DNA of 64,000 bases from Bacilli bacterium (lineage in GTDB: Bacteria; Bacillota_I; Bacilli_A; ML615J-28; CAG-313), in the NCBI GenBank assembly GCA_017501465.1, contig JAFVWY010000018.1, forward strand, positions 77,829-141,828. Direction: 5' to 3'. Positions 30,665 to 40,022 of this stretch are shown here, in pieces. The first letter of the stretch is position 1; each line of letters begins with the position of its first letter. The notes beneath the pieces are model-generated. The model saw only the letters and a list, made by a program, of their open reading frames with translations, had not been told where the DNA came from and did not search any database. A program made the translations under genes and the position numbers.

Positions 30665-32761
30665 TTGAAAAATAGTGAATATAATTTTTTTGAAGAAGTT
30701 CGAAAAACTCAAGAAAATCAAAACTATCAAGCTATACAATACTCGGCTGTTGAAAATGAATCTTATTTACAAAAAAATGAAACTTTATTGTCAGAAGAGT
30801 TTGGTCATACCAAAACTAAAACAAATAAAGTTAAAGAAAATAATGGTATCGTAAAGAAGTTAATTCAAAAAGTAACTGAAGCTACAAGCTCATTTATGGG
30901 AGGTATTGCCGCAACAGCAGTTGTAGCTGTTTCTTCTGTAATTTTGTTTACTAATATTCTAGTGAAAGAGCCTGTTGTTGAATTAATAGATATTATTGTA
31001 GGTCAAGACTATGTTACGTATAATTTATTATTAGATGATATTTCAGATAATATGGATTATTATACAATAATATCTAATGATTTTGAAAGTTATGAATATG
31101 AACTAGTTGAAGGTGAAAACCTCAATACAATTTCTAATTTAAAACTCAATACAGAATATAATTTATCTGTAATTGGAATTAATAATGATAATAAAGAAGA
31201 AATTAAATATTTTAATACAAAATTTAGTACAAAGTCTTATGAATATACCGCAACATTCAATCAATTATCACCTGATGAAGTGGTGATTGAATATGGTATT
31301 GATTCTAATATTTTAATCTTTAATACGAACTTTAATAATTATGGTGATGATAGTTTAAAATATAAAATTATTTTAAAAGATCCTGAAACAAGTGAAAAAT
31401 ATATATATGATGGTAATGAAGAAATAGCTGTAATTGATGTCCCATCGAATATAACAGTATTTAATATATCATATGAATTATATGGAATATATGATGGTGC
31501 CCAAAAAGTTTTTGAAACTATTAATGTTAATGATCCATTAGTTATAAGTATAATATCATCAGATATTACGGATTTAACATTAACAGATATCAATAAATAT
31601 CAATTATCATTACTAATAAATTCGGACTTTGTAGAAGAAGAAATATATAATTCAGTAAATTTATTAATTACTTATGATGATTTAACTACAAATAATATTG
31701 TGATTGAAGATATTTTAGTTAATGAAAAGATGAATTTTGAAGTATTAGTTCCTAGCTATTGTAAGTCATTTAATATTGACTATACAATTGATTTATTAGG
31801 AGCTAATGGTAATAATCCAAGAACGATAACTAGTAGTAAAGAATTTACTTTAGAAAATAGTTATGAATTAATAGAAATGCAAGTAGAAACTCAACAAGAT
31901 TACTCAATAACTAGATTTTTATTTAAATATCATTTTATTGATGAAAATACTACTTTAGCTGTTAAAAATGCTGCAACAGGTAATGTAGTAATGTTATATG
32001 AAGGAGAAGATAATATTCAAATTGAATTAAATGCTTCAACAAATGTTCAAGAATATACGTATTATTTATCAAATATTAATGGTGAAGCAATAGGTGAAGA
32101 AAATACTGTTTCATTTGAGATTCAAGATGTAAAAGGAGATTATAATTTCCAATATATTAATCCTGGAGACGCAATTGTTACATTTAATGATGATGATACA
32201 ATGAATATCTATTTAAATACAGTATTTGAAACAGAAGATAGTTCAATATATTATGTAGTTAGATATACTAATTATAATGATGGAACAGTTTATAATATTA
32301 AATATACTGAATCAGTAGCATATTTAGAAGATGTTCCATTTAGTAATTATGGAATAGAATATTTTGTATTCAAAACAGTAAATGGATTAGAATATCAATT
32401 ACAAAATATTGCGGTATCAGGCGGAATTGAAATAACATTAGATGGTGTATTACAAAGTACTTTAGAAACAGATGATTATGGTAATCCTTATGTCTTTATA
32501 ATGTATTATGATTATTATAATTTAAGTAATTTTGTTTTAATAGCAGATGACAAAAAGATACCAATACCATCTAGTAATATAGTATTTAACAATGGTTATT
32601 GTGAGATTGAGTATCAATTAGACTTTATCCCTAGTAAATTAGTTTTAGAATATGAAGCAATGTTTAATGATGAAATAACGTATGAATCTATTTCATCTGT
32701 TAGAGAAATTAAAGGGGAACAATATAGAAAAATGTACTTAGAAATTCCAATATTTCTTTAA
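30665..32761 (+). CDS. Single-pass membrane protein with a ~90-aa cytoplasmic N-terminus and a ~600-aa extracellular beta-rich repeat region. Function unknown.
   Basis: RBS AGGAGGTG is followed by TTG at 30665. The track GTG at 30656 abuts the RBS. TM 'GGIAATAVVAVSSVILFTNIL'. Ecto-region is Tyr/Asn/Ile-rich with recurring ~90-aa units (e.g. 'YNLLLDDISDNMDYYTIISNDFESYEYELVEGENLNTISNLKLNTEYNLSVIGIN'). Confidence 0.55.
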   Translation: MKNSEYNFFEEVRKTQENQNYQAIQYSAVENESYLQKNETLLSEEFGHTKTKTNKVKENNGIVKKLIQKVTEATSSFMGGIAATAVVAVSSVILFTNILVKEPVVELIDIIVGQDYVTYNLLLDDISDNMDYYTIISNDFESYEYELVEGENLNTISNLKLNTEYNLSVIGINNDNKEEIKYFNTKFSTKSYEYTATFNQLSPDEVVIEYGIDSNILIFNTNFNNYGDDSLKYKIILKDPETSEKYIYDGNEEIAVIDVPSNITVFNISYELYGIYDGAQKVFETINVNDPLVISIISSDITDLTLTDINKYQLSLLINSDFVEEEIYNSVNLLITYDDLTTNNIVIEDILVNEKMNFEVLVPSYCKSFNIDYTIDLLGANGNNPRTITSSKEFTLENSYELIEMQVETQQDYSITRFLFKYHFIDENTTLAVKNAATGNVVMLYEGEDNIQIELNASTNVQEYTYYLSNINGEAIGEENTVSFEIQDVKGDYNFQYINPGDAIVTFNDDDTMNIYLNTVFETEDSSIYYVVRYTNYNDGTVYNIKYTESVAYLEDVPFSNYGIEYFVFKTVNGLEYQLQNIAVSGGIEITLDGVLQSTLETDDYGNPYVFIMYYDYYNLSNFVLIADDKKIPIPSSNIVFNNGYCEIEYQLDFIPSKLVLEYEAMFNDEITYESISSVREIKGEQYRKMYLEIPIFL

Positions 32762-32820
32762 CAATTTAAATCTACTGTAAACGTAGTGTTAGTGATATAT
32801 TGTAAAAAAAGGAGACTAAA

Positions 32821-33855
32821 ATGAAAAACAGAAAAGTATTAAAAATTATCGAAATAATATTAATAGCCTCAGCGGCACTATTTGTTATAAGCGCAACATT
32901 ATTTCAATTAATAGCCCCAGAAAATGCATTTTCAAAATGGTGTATAGAAAATGTATGGGATGTTAAAAATATTTTTACATCATTTAAAAATCATATACCA
33001 GTATTAATTGATTGTTTAATTTATATAGTAATTATATATAGCGTATGTAAACTATTAAGATTAATATTTAGATCTAAAATGAAAGAAAGTGATAGAACTA
33101 AAACAATCTTTACTTTATTAGATGGTTTTACTAAATATGGTTGTGCTATTGCTGTAATTTTATTAATCTTAAAAGCTTGTGGAGTTGACACTGCAGCTCT
33201 TATTGCATCAGTTGGTGTATTAACATTAATTGTCGGTTTAGGTGCTCAATCATTGATAGCTGATATAATAGCTGGAATATTTATTATTTTTGAAAATGAA
33301 TATAATGTAGGTGAAATCATTAGTGTTGATGGTTTTAGAGGAACAGTAACAGAAATAGGTATTAGATCTACAAAGGTTTTAGATGCAGCTGGCAACATTA
33401 AAATCATTAATAATAGTAATATTGGAGACATTGTTAATTTATCTAGAGAATTATCTTTAGCAATTGTAGATTTAGATTTTCCATATGATGTGCCTGTTGA
33501 AATCATTGAAAACTTATTAAAAGAAAACTTTGAGAAAATGAAAGAAGAAATACCAGGTATTATAGAAGGTCCTTACTATAAAGGAATTTGTGATTACAAA
33601 GATTCAAATGTTACATTAAAAATAGTTGCAAAATGTACTGAAGAAGATAAATTCCAAGTAGAAAGAGATATTAGAAGAGCTTATAGACAAATTCTAGTAG
33701 ATAATAATATTGATATTGCTTATCCACAAGTAGTACTTAATTATCCTACAGGTAAAGAATTTAAGTCAGATAAAAAATCAAAAAGAACTGCTCAAAAGTT
33801 TACTGAAGAACAAAAAGAATTATCAAAAGATTTAGATGATCAAGAAAATAATTAG
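32821..33855 (+). CDS. Small-conductance mechanosensitive channel (MscS family)
   Basis: N-terminal TM helices and the MscS core 'IADIIAGIFIIFENEYNVGEIISVDGFRGTVTEIGIRSTKV'. RBS AAAGGAG. Confidence 0.8.
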   Translation: MKNRKVLKIIEIILIASAALFVISATLFQLIAPENAFSKWCIENVWDVKNIFTSFKNHIPVLIDCLIYIVIIYSVCKLLRLIFRSKMKESDRTKTIFTLLDGFTKYGCAIAVILLILKACGVDTAALIASVGVLTLIVGLGAQSLIADIIAGIFIIFENEYNVGEIISVDGFRGTVTEIGIRSTKVLDAAGNIKIINNSNIGDIVNLSRELSLAIVDLDFPYDVPVEIIENLLKENFEKMKEEIPGIIEGPYYKGICDYKDSNVTLKIVAKCTEEDKFQVERDIRRAYRQILVDNNIDIAYPQVVLNYPTGKEFKSDKKSKRTAQKFTEEQKELSKDLDDQENN

Positions 33856-34034
33856 TAGGATATAAAAAGTAAAGACAATAAAAGTTACAGTATATGAAAA
33901 TATAGTAGAAGAAGAAGCATAATACATAGTATTATGCTTTTATTATTTATTGGTTATATATAATTAAGTATTATTTGTTTTATATTTTTTCAATATTTGA
34001 TATAATAATAGTTAGAAAGTAATGGTGAATAATA

Positions 34035-34871
34035 GTGTTAAAAAAATATAAAGAAAAAGCAATAGAAAATAATTTAAATATTTATTTTATAGCTCAAGGT
34101 GATAAAAATTATCAAATAGAAAAGGAAGTAGTAGTTCCAGCTAATCCGACATGTAATTGTTATAGTGTCGCAAAAGCTTTTACTGTTTTAGCAATAGGCA
34201 TGTTATATGATAGGGGTTTGATCAAACTTGATGATTTATTGGTTAATATCTTAAGTAAGTATTTACCTTCAAGTATTGATTCATTGTGGCAACAAGTTAC
34301 TATTCATGATGTATTAAGTCATAAAATAGGTTTTGATAGCGGTTTATTAGATATTGATTGTGATGATGCCTCTCTTTACGAAAGTAGCGATTATTTAAAA
34401 ATAGTATTAAATAAAAAATTAACTCATAAACCAGGCAGCGTGTACCAATATACTGATGCTGCATACTATCTTTTATCAAGAGTAGTATGTGAGGTAAGTG
34501 GTATAGAACTATGTGATTTTTTAAGACCTATTTTAATGGAGAAACTAAAATTTAAAGAACTTGCTTGGAGTAAATGTCCTTATGGATATTCCATGGGAGC
34601 TACAGGACTTTATATTAGAACAGAAGATATGGTAAAACTAGGTATTTTATTTCTTAATAAAGGTATGTGGTATAATGAAGAAATAGTATCGAAAGAATGG
34701 ATTGATATAGTGATTGCCAATAGATATGAATTTACTCACGTCAAAGATGGCTGGTATGCAAAAGGTGGTATGAGGGGTCAATTACTAATGTTTAATTTTG
34801 AACTTGGTAAATCAATAGCGTGTCACTCATATGAATCTAGAATTCCATATGATATTTTTATTGAAAATTAA
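34035..34871 (+). CDS. Beta-lactamase/transpeptidase-fold serine hydrolase, short (278 aa)
   Basis: S-x-x-K motif 'CYSVAKAF' near the N-terminus and beta-lactamase-family similarity through 'YQYTDAAYYLLSRVV'. It lacks a clear YxN/KTG region at canonical spacing. GTG start. Confidence 0.5.
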   Translation: MLKKYKEKAIENNLNIYFIAQGDKNYQIEKEVVVPANPTCNCYSVAKAFTVLAIGMLYDRGLIKLDDLLVNILSKYLPSSIDSLWQQVTIHDVLSHKIGFDSGLLDIDCDDASLYESSDYLKIVLNKKLTHKPGSVYQYTDAAYYLLSRVVCEVSGIELCDFLRPILMEKLKFKELAWSKCPYGYSMGATGLYIRTEDMVKLGILFLNKGMWYNEEIVSKEWIDIVIANRYEFTHVKDGWYAKGGMRGQLLMFNFELGKSIACHSYESRIPYDIFIEN

Positions 34872-34892
34872 AAATAATTAAAGGAGTTAAGT

Positions 34893-35234
34893 ATGGCAAA
34901 AATTAAAAGATTTGGTGGGCTTTATTTTCTAGAAATAAATAATGGAGTCGTAAAAGAATTCGGTGGACTTAATAAGTATGTATTAAGAGATAATAAAATT
35001 TGTGAATTTAGTGGCAGAATCATATATACTATTGACGGAGATAAAATCAAAGAATTTAGTGGTAGACCAGTATTAGAGGTTTCTTTTGGTAAAGTTAAAA
35101 GATTTGGTGGTATGTATATAGCAACAATAGACGGTAATAAAATTAAAGAATTTGGTGGTAGGATATTATATGAAATTGATGGTTTTATTACCAATAGAGA
35201 GTTAATGATGTTAATTGCGTTGCTATTTGCATAA
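34893..35234 (+). CDS. Small protein of six tandem ~16-aa repeats (GG-R-x-I/L-Y-x-I-D-G-x-K-I-K-E-F) with a hydrophobic C-terminal tail
   Basis: AKIKRFGGLYFLEINNGVVKEF / GGLNKYVLRDNKICEF / SGRIIYTIDGDKIKEF / SGRPVLEVSFGKVKRF / GGMYIATIDGNKIKEF / GGRILYEIDGFITNRE, then LMMLIALLFA. RBS AAAGGAG 8 nt upstream. Confidence 0.55.
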   Translation: MAKIKRFGGLYFLEINNGVVKEFGGLNKYVLRDNKICEFSGRIIYTIDGDKIKEFSGRPVLEVSFGKVKRFGGMYIATIDGNKIKEFGGRILYEIDGFITNRELMMLIALLFA

Positions 35235-35305
35235 ATTTAAATAATTAAATTTAAAGATATAAATTTATTTATTTGTTATAATTAATAAAAAAGAGGTGAT
35301 TTATA

Positions 35306-36045
35306 TGGTTATTAGAGATGGAAATTATTGTTATGATTTTTTTCCGATTTTATTTATTGTGTTAGGAACTATTGGCTTTATTTTTAATATAATAGCTTTG
35401 ATTAAGTCATTCAAAATGAAAAATAATTTAAAATATATTGTTATGGGTTTTGGTAATTTTGTAATTTTACTATACCTAGGAGCAATTGTTTTAGGTTTAA
35501 TTGGATTTGGACCAAGAGATTGTTGGGGTTACTTCTGGCGTAGTGCATCTTCATGGGTTAGTTTTGGTTTAAGTTGTGGAACTTTGTTATTTGGAATTGT
35601 TAACTTTATTTTGTATACTAAAACAAAATATAGAGTTCCTAATAAAAAAGACAAAGAGGATGAAATTCAAGGAATTGTGACAAATAATACTGCAATTGCT
35701 AAACAGCAATTAAATCAAAATGATGTACTATTTTATGTAAAATATAGTCAAGGTGCAATTTCAGTAACAGAAGATTATATTACAATTTATAAAAATCTAT
35801 TAAACTTTTCTAATTTTACTAAGGGAAGAGTATCTAAAGTAATTTTTATTAATGATATTCAAAGCGTAGAATATAAAGGTTGTGGTTGGTTTAGAGGAAT
35901 ACTTGGATTTACATTTAAACATCCTAATAAACCTGTTAGAGTACGTTTTGGTAAATGGTTTGTTTCAAGAAGAAAAAGATTTAATAAAAAAATGACACCA
36001 GTATATCAATATATTCTTTCAAAGGTAATTGAAAATAATAAATAA
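35306..36045 (+). CDS. Membrane protein: four N-terminal TM helices plus a C-terminal bacterial PH-like (bPH/YokE-like) domain
   Basis: ATG at 35306 after AGAGGTGA. The track GTG at 35296 lies inside the RBS. C-terminus 'GRVSKVIFINDIQSVEYKGCGWFRGILGFTFKHPNKPVRVRFGKWF' resembles bPH_2. Confidence 0.5.
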
Positions 36046-36150
36046 GGCTTTATAAGCCTTTTTTATTTTAGATATATTAATTAGGAAAACGTTTGCAATA
36101 TTATGTATAATATGTTAAAATGATAGAGTAATTAAACTAGGAGGAAAATA

Positions 36151-39100
36151 ATGTTTAAAAGAATTTCTTTATTTATAATTACTTTTATATTAATTTTTAC
36201 TGTAGTTGGATGTACAATGGGTCCATCTACTCAAAATAAAGATGAAAAGTATACAGTTACATTTGAATGTGAATTTGAATGTGAAATTGAAAGTGTTCAA
36301 GTTAAAAAAGGCGAATTGGTAGAACAACCTGAAACTAATGAACATGAAGGATATATATTCCTTGGTTGGTATAACGGCAAAGTTCTTTGGGACTTTGAAA
36401 AAGATACTGTTACCAAAAATATTACTTTAACAGCAAAATGGGAAGAACATACTCATGAGTTTGTTGAAGGCGAATGTGAATGTGGTGAAAAAGATCCAAA
36501 TTACGTCCCACCTCATGAACACGTATTTGTTGAAGGTGAATGTGAATGTGGTGAAAAGGATCCAAATTACGTTCCACCTCATGAACATGTATTTGTTGAA
36601 GGTGAATGTGAATGTGGTGAAAAGGATCCAAATTACGTCCCACCTCATGAACATATATTTGTAGAAGGTGAATGCGAATGTGGTGAAAAAGATCCTAATT
36701 GGAATGCTCCTGTTGTAGGTGACCCATTTACAATCACTTATCAATTAAATGGTGGTGCATGGTCATGGACTACTGGTAGTGTTAGCGCTCCTGCAAAAGG
36801 AATTGATTCAATATCAAATTTACCAGAAATATTCATGGCTGATTTCTATACATATTTATATGAAAATAATTTATTAAATTCATCTAAAGTTTCAACTAAA
36901 TTACAAGTAGCAACATGGGATGCGTTTAGTACACCAAATGGTGACCCAGTAGCTTTATATAATGCAACATCTACTGGTGGATATGGTGCTGCTGATGGTT
37001 ATAGTGAATTATTCTTTGATAGTGTTAATGGTTATGAAGCAGTTGGCGGATTCTTAGGAACAAGCCCTTATAAAGAAAAATACGCTAATGTTACGAAACA
37101 TATTATTCAATTAACAACTGCTAGATATTCAATGGCTACAACATCTGCAAGTTTCAAGGGTGCATGTGGATTTGTCCTTGATGGATATTTCTATGGAACT
37201 CAAGGTTTACTTGCAACTGATAAAGCTAATGCTGAAACATTTAATGCCTTACGTGCAGTTATTCCTACTCCAACAGTTGGTTATGTAGGAAGCACATCAT
37301 CTACTAATTCTTATCAAATATCAACTGGAAAAGTTGGGACTTTAGTTAAATTAGTAGCTCCTGTTAAAGAAGGTTATATGTTCTTAGGTTGGTATGAATC
37401 ACCAGATTTTAGTGGCAATGAAATTGATTCAGTTTCTAAAGAAACTACTCTATATGCAAAATGGTATGATTTAAGTTCTCCGGCTCCTAAATATAATATT
37501 AACTATGAATTAGATGGTGGAACTAATCCAAGTACAGCTCCTAAACAATATACTTTTGGTCAAGGCGCTGAATTAGTAGAACCTACAAAAGATGGCTATA
37601 TGTTTATGGGTTGGACAACAGATGCTGAAGGTGAAAACCTTATTACTTCTATTTCAAAATTTGCAGAAGGTGAAGTAACAGTTTATGCAAATTGGGTTGA
37701 AATTGATAAGAATTTATATACAATTACATATATATATTCAGATGGTAAATTACCAACTTATAATCCAACTACGATTCAAGAAGTAGCTGAATATGTATTT
37801 ACTGAGTATTATAAATGGTATAAACCAAGTGATGATTATGAAACATTTAAATCTAAAGTAATCGCTCAATGGAAAGATAAACAAGCTCAAGGTATTTATA
37901 AATTCTATAAACAAAATGGAAAAGATACTATTGATGAATCATATTTCTGTAATGCTTCTGAAAACTTTGAAGAATGGAATGCATGGTTTACAGTCTTCGA
38001 TTCTTTAGTAACAAAAGCAAATGGTGCACAAAATGCATGGAATAGTTACGTTGGTATTTTAAGACTTGGTCAAGTATTAAGTGGTAACGCTCCAACTACT
38101 TGGAAAGCAGACTTTAATACAACTTTATGTAATGCAACTAATATTGCAATTCCTCTAGTTACGGAATATAGACTTGGTCAAGAAGTTGAGCTTGTTGAAC
38201 TAGTAATTGATGATGGCAGAACTTTCCTTGGTTGGTATGATGAATTTGGTAATAAAGTTGAAAAGATTACATCAACTACTGAAGGTAATCTTGTATTAAC
38301 TGCTAGATGGAGTGAAGCAGTTCCTGTTGATTCATTTAGTATTACAAATCCTATTGATAGATTATTAAAATTATCTGACTATCAATTAACTTATAGTATT
38401 GGTCCTTCAAATGCAACGTTCAAGAAAGTTACATTTGAATCAACAAATCCTAGTGTATTAAAAGTTTCTGAAAAGGGTTTATTAGAAGCTGTAAGTTGTG
38501 GTACTGCAAAAATCTTAATTACAGTTCATGGTAACCAAGATTTAAATATGGAACTTGAAATTGAAGTTTATGTTGATCCATTTATTCGTGGTGAATTTAT
38601 GGAAAACTCATATGTTGTAGCTGGTGAATCTGTTCAATTAGGTGCAACATTAGTTGGTGCAAATACTACTAATTTAGTGTGGAAATCAAATACACCTTCT
38701 ATCGCAACTGTATCTCAAACAGGTTTAGTAACTGGTGTTAATGAAGGTCTTGCTGAAATCGTAGTTTACTGTGTTGATAATGATAATATTGCTTTTACTT
38801 TCTATGTAACTGTATTTGATAGTGAACCTACTGGTATTTTAAAATTATTAGCAGATAGCAACAATTCTGAAATTTATACAAAGAAAGATTTATTGATCGG
38901 TATTAAGATTGGTTCTGATGGTGCTTATTATTCTGATATCATAGGTAGCGTATCTAAATTATTATTTGAAGACTATGTTGTTCATGATGATTATTATTTA
39001 GCAAACCCATCTAATAAATCAACATTAAATGGTGATGGTAAAGGTGGAATTGATTTCATTACTGTTCACTATGCTGCTGATATGCCATATGCTCCATCTG

Positions 39101-39915
39101 CAACATTTAATGGTGGTAAAAACTTAGCTTCATACAACCAATCTTGTAATAGTAGTGGTACACAAGCTTCATGGCATTATAGTGTTGGTAATGACGGTAT
39201 TTGGTCTTGTCAAAATGAAAGTTATGGTGCATGGCATGCTGGTGCAAGCAAAAAAATGACTTGGGTAGATAGTGGTCTTACAATTCATGATGTTGGTAGT
39301 GATTTATATACTACTGATGTAACAATGGGTACAGATGGCTATTTCTATATTAAAGGTGTTAAAACTAACATTAAGAATACTTCAGGTGGTACTAAACTAA
39401 ATGGTCTAGGTTTAGGTGTTAAAGTAGAAGGTAATACAGTATATCTTGGTGGTCATTATCAAAATACATCTTATAACTATATCTCATCAACTGGTGGTAA
39501 TAATAACTCGATTGGTATGGAAACATCAGTTAGAGAAGGTTCAGATTTATGGTTAACATGGCAATATACTGCTCAACTTTGTGCTAAGTTATTAATCAAA
39601 TATGAATTACCACTTAATAGACTTGTTGGTCATCATTTCTTCTCTGGTAAATGGTGTCCACAACCAATGTTAGAAAATGATTTAGAAATCTGGTATGAAT
39701 TTGTTGAACTTACAAGACAACAAATGGAACTATATCAAAACTATTCTAACTATCAATTATCATTTACATCTAATAGTCAATATTTAGATGATAATGGTAG
39801 AGTAAAAGAATTACCTGATTATACACAATGTGTAACTTATACAATTACTTATAGTGATGGTGTAACTACAAAGACTGTTACATTCTCATCTATTCTTCCT
39901 GGTAATTTAGAATAA
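36151..39915 (+). CDS. Large surface lipoprotein (1254 aa): Flg_new (Listeria-Bacteroides) repeats, 4x22-aa Cys-rich tandem repeats, Big_2 domain, and a C-terminal N-acetylmuramoyl-L-alanine amidase (Amidase_2/PGRP)-like domain
   Basis: Lipobox VVGC|TMG. Flg_new at 'HEGYIFLGWYNGKVLWDFEKDTVTKNITLTAKW', 'GYMFLGWYESPDFSG', 'GYMFMGWTTDAEGEN', 'RTFLGWYDEFGN'. Big_2 'VLKVSEKGLLEAVSCGTAKILITVHG'. Amidase_2 motifs 'IDFITVHYAAD', 'ASWHYSV', 'AWHAG', 'NNSIGMETS', 'LVGHHFFSGKWCP' at about 39040-39700. Confidence 0.75.
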   Translation: MFKRISLFIITFILIFTVVGCTMGPSTQNKDEKYTVTFECEFECEIESVQVKKGELVEQPETNEHEGYIFLGWYNGKVLWDFEKDTVTKNITLTAKWEEHTHEFVEGECECGEKDPNYVPPHEHVFVEGECECGEKDPNYVPPHEHVFVEGECECGEKDPNYVPPHEHIFVEGECECGEKDPNWNAPVVGDPFTITYQLNGGAWSWTTGSVSAPAKGIDSISNLPEIFMADFYTYLYENNLLNSSKVSTKLQVATWDAFSTPNGDPVALYNATSTGGYGAADGYSELFFDSVNGYEAVGGFLGTSPYKEKYANVTKHIIQLTTARYSMATTSASFKGACGFVLDGYFYGTQGLLATDKANAETFNALRAVIPTPTVGYVGSTSSTNSYQISTGKVGTLVKLVAPVKEGYMFLGWYESPDFSGNEIDSVSKETTLYAKWYDLSSPAPKYNINYELDGGTNPSTAPKQYTFGQGAELVEPTKDGYMFMGWTTDAEGENLITSISKFAEGEVTVYANWVEIDKNLYTITYIYSDGKLPTYNPTTIQEVAEYVFTEYYKWYKPSDDYETFKSKVIAQWKDKQAQGIYKFYKQNGKDTIDESYFCNASENFEEWNAWFTVFDSLVTKANGAQNAWNSYVGILRLGQVLSGNAPTTWKADFNTTLCNATNIAIPLVTEYRLGQEVELVELVIDDGRTFLGWYDEFGNKVEKITSTTEGNLVLTARWSEAVPVDSFSITNPIDRLLKLSDYQLTYSIGPSNATFKKVTFESTNPSVLKVSEKGLLEAVSCGTAKILITVHGNQDLNMELEIEVYVDPFIRGEFMENSYVVAGESVQLGATLVGANTTNLVWKSNTPSIATVSQTGLVTGVNEGLAEIVVYCVDNDNIAFTFYVTVFDSEPTGILKLLADSNNSEIYTKKDLLIGIKIGSDGAYYSDIIGSVSKLLFEDYVVHDDYYLANPSNKSTLNGDGKGGIDFITVHYAADMPYAPSATFNGGKNLASYNQSCNSSGTQASWHYSVGNDGIWSCQNESYGAWHAGASKKMTWVDSGLTIHDVGSDLYTTDVTMGTDGYFYIKGVKTNIKNTSGGTKLNGLGLGVKVEGNTVYLGGHYQNTSYNYISSTGGNNNSIGMETSVREGSDLWLTWQYTAQLCAKLLIKYELPLNRLVGHHFFSGKWCPQPMLENDLEIWYEFVELTRQQMELYQNYSNYQLSFTSNSQYLDDNGRVKELPDYTQCVTYTITYSDGVTTKTVTFSSILPGNLE
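36448..36711 (+). repeat. Four tandem 66-bp repeats encoding H(T/E)H(E/V/I)FVEGECECGEKDPNYVPP
   Basis: Direct DNA repeats with only silent or near-silent differences (cacgtatttgttgaaggtgaatgtgaatgtggtgaaaaggatccaaattacgttccacct ...). The fourth copy is diverged at its 3' end. The minus-strand ORFs 36422-36744 in the track are repeat by-products. Confidence 0.9.
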
Positions 39916-39924
39916 TAAAAAAAG

Positions 39925-39956
39925 AAACGATAATAGTAACTATTATCGTTTTTTTA
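39925..39956 (+). terminator. Rho-independent terminator
   Basis: aaacgataatagt-aactattatcgttttttt: 12-bp stem plus a T-run, 10 nt after the stop. Confidence 0.85.
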
Positions 39957-40022
39957 ATTTCTATTAAAAACGTGGTATAAAAAACAAATTTATGTTATAA
40001 TCAATTAAAATGGGAGTATCAA

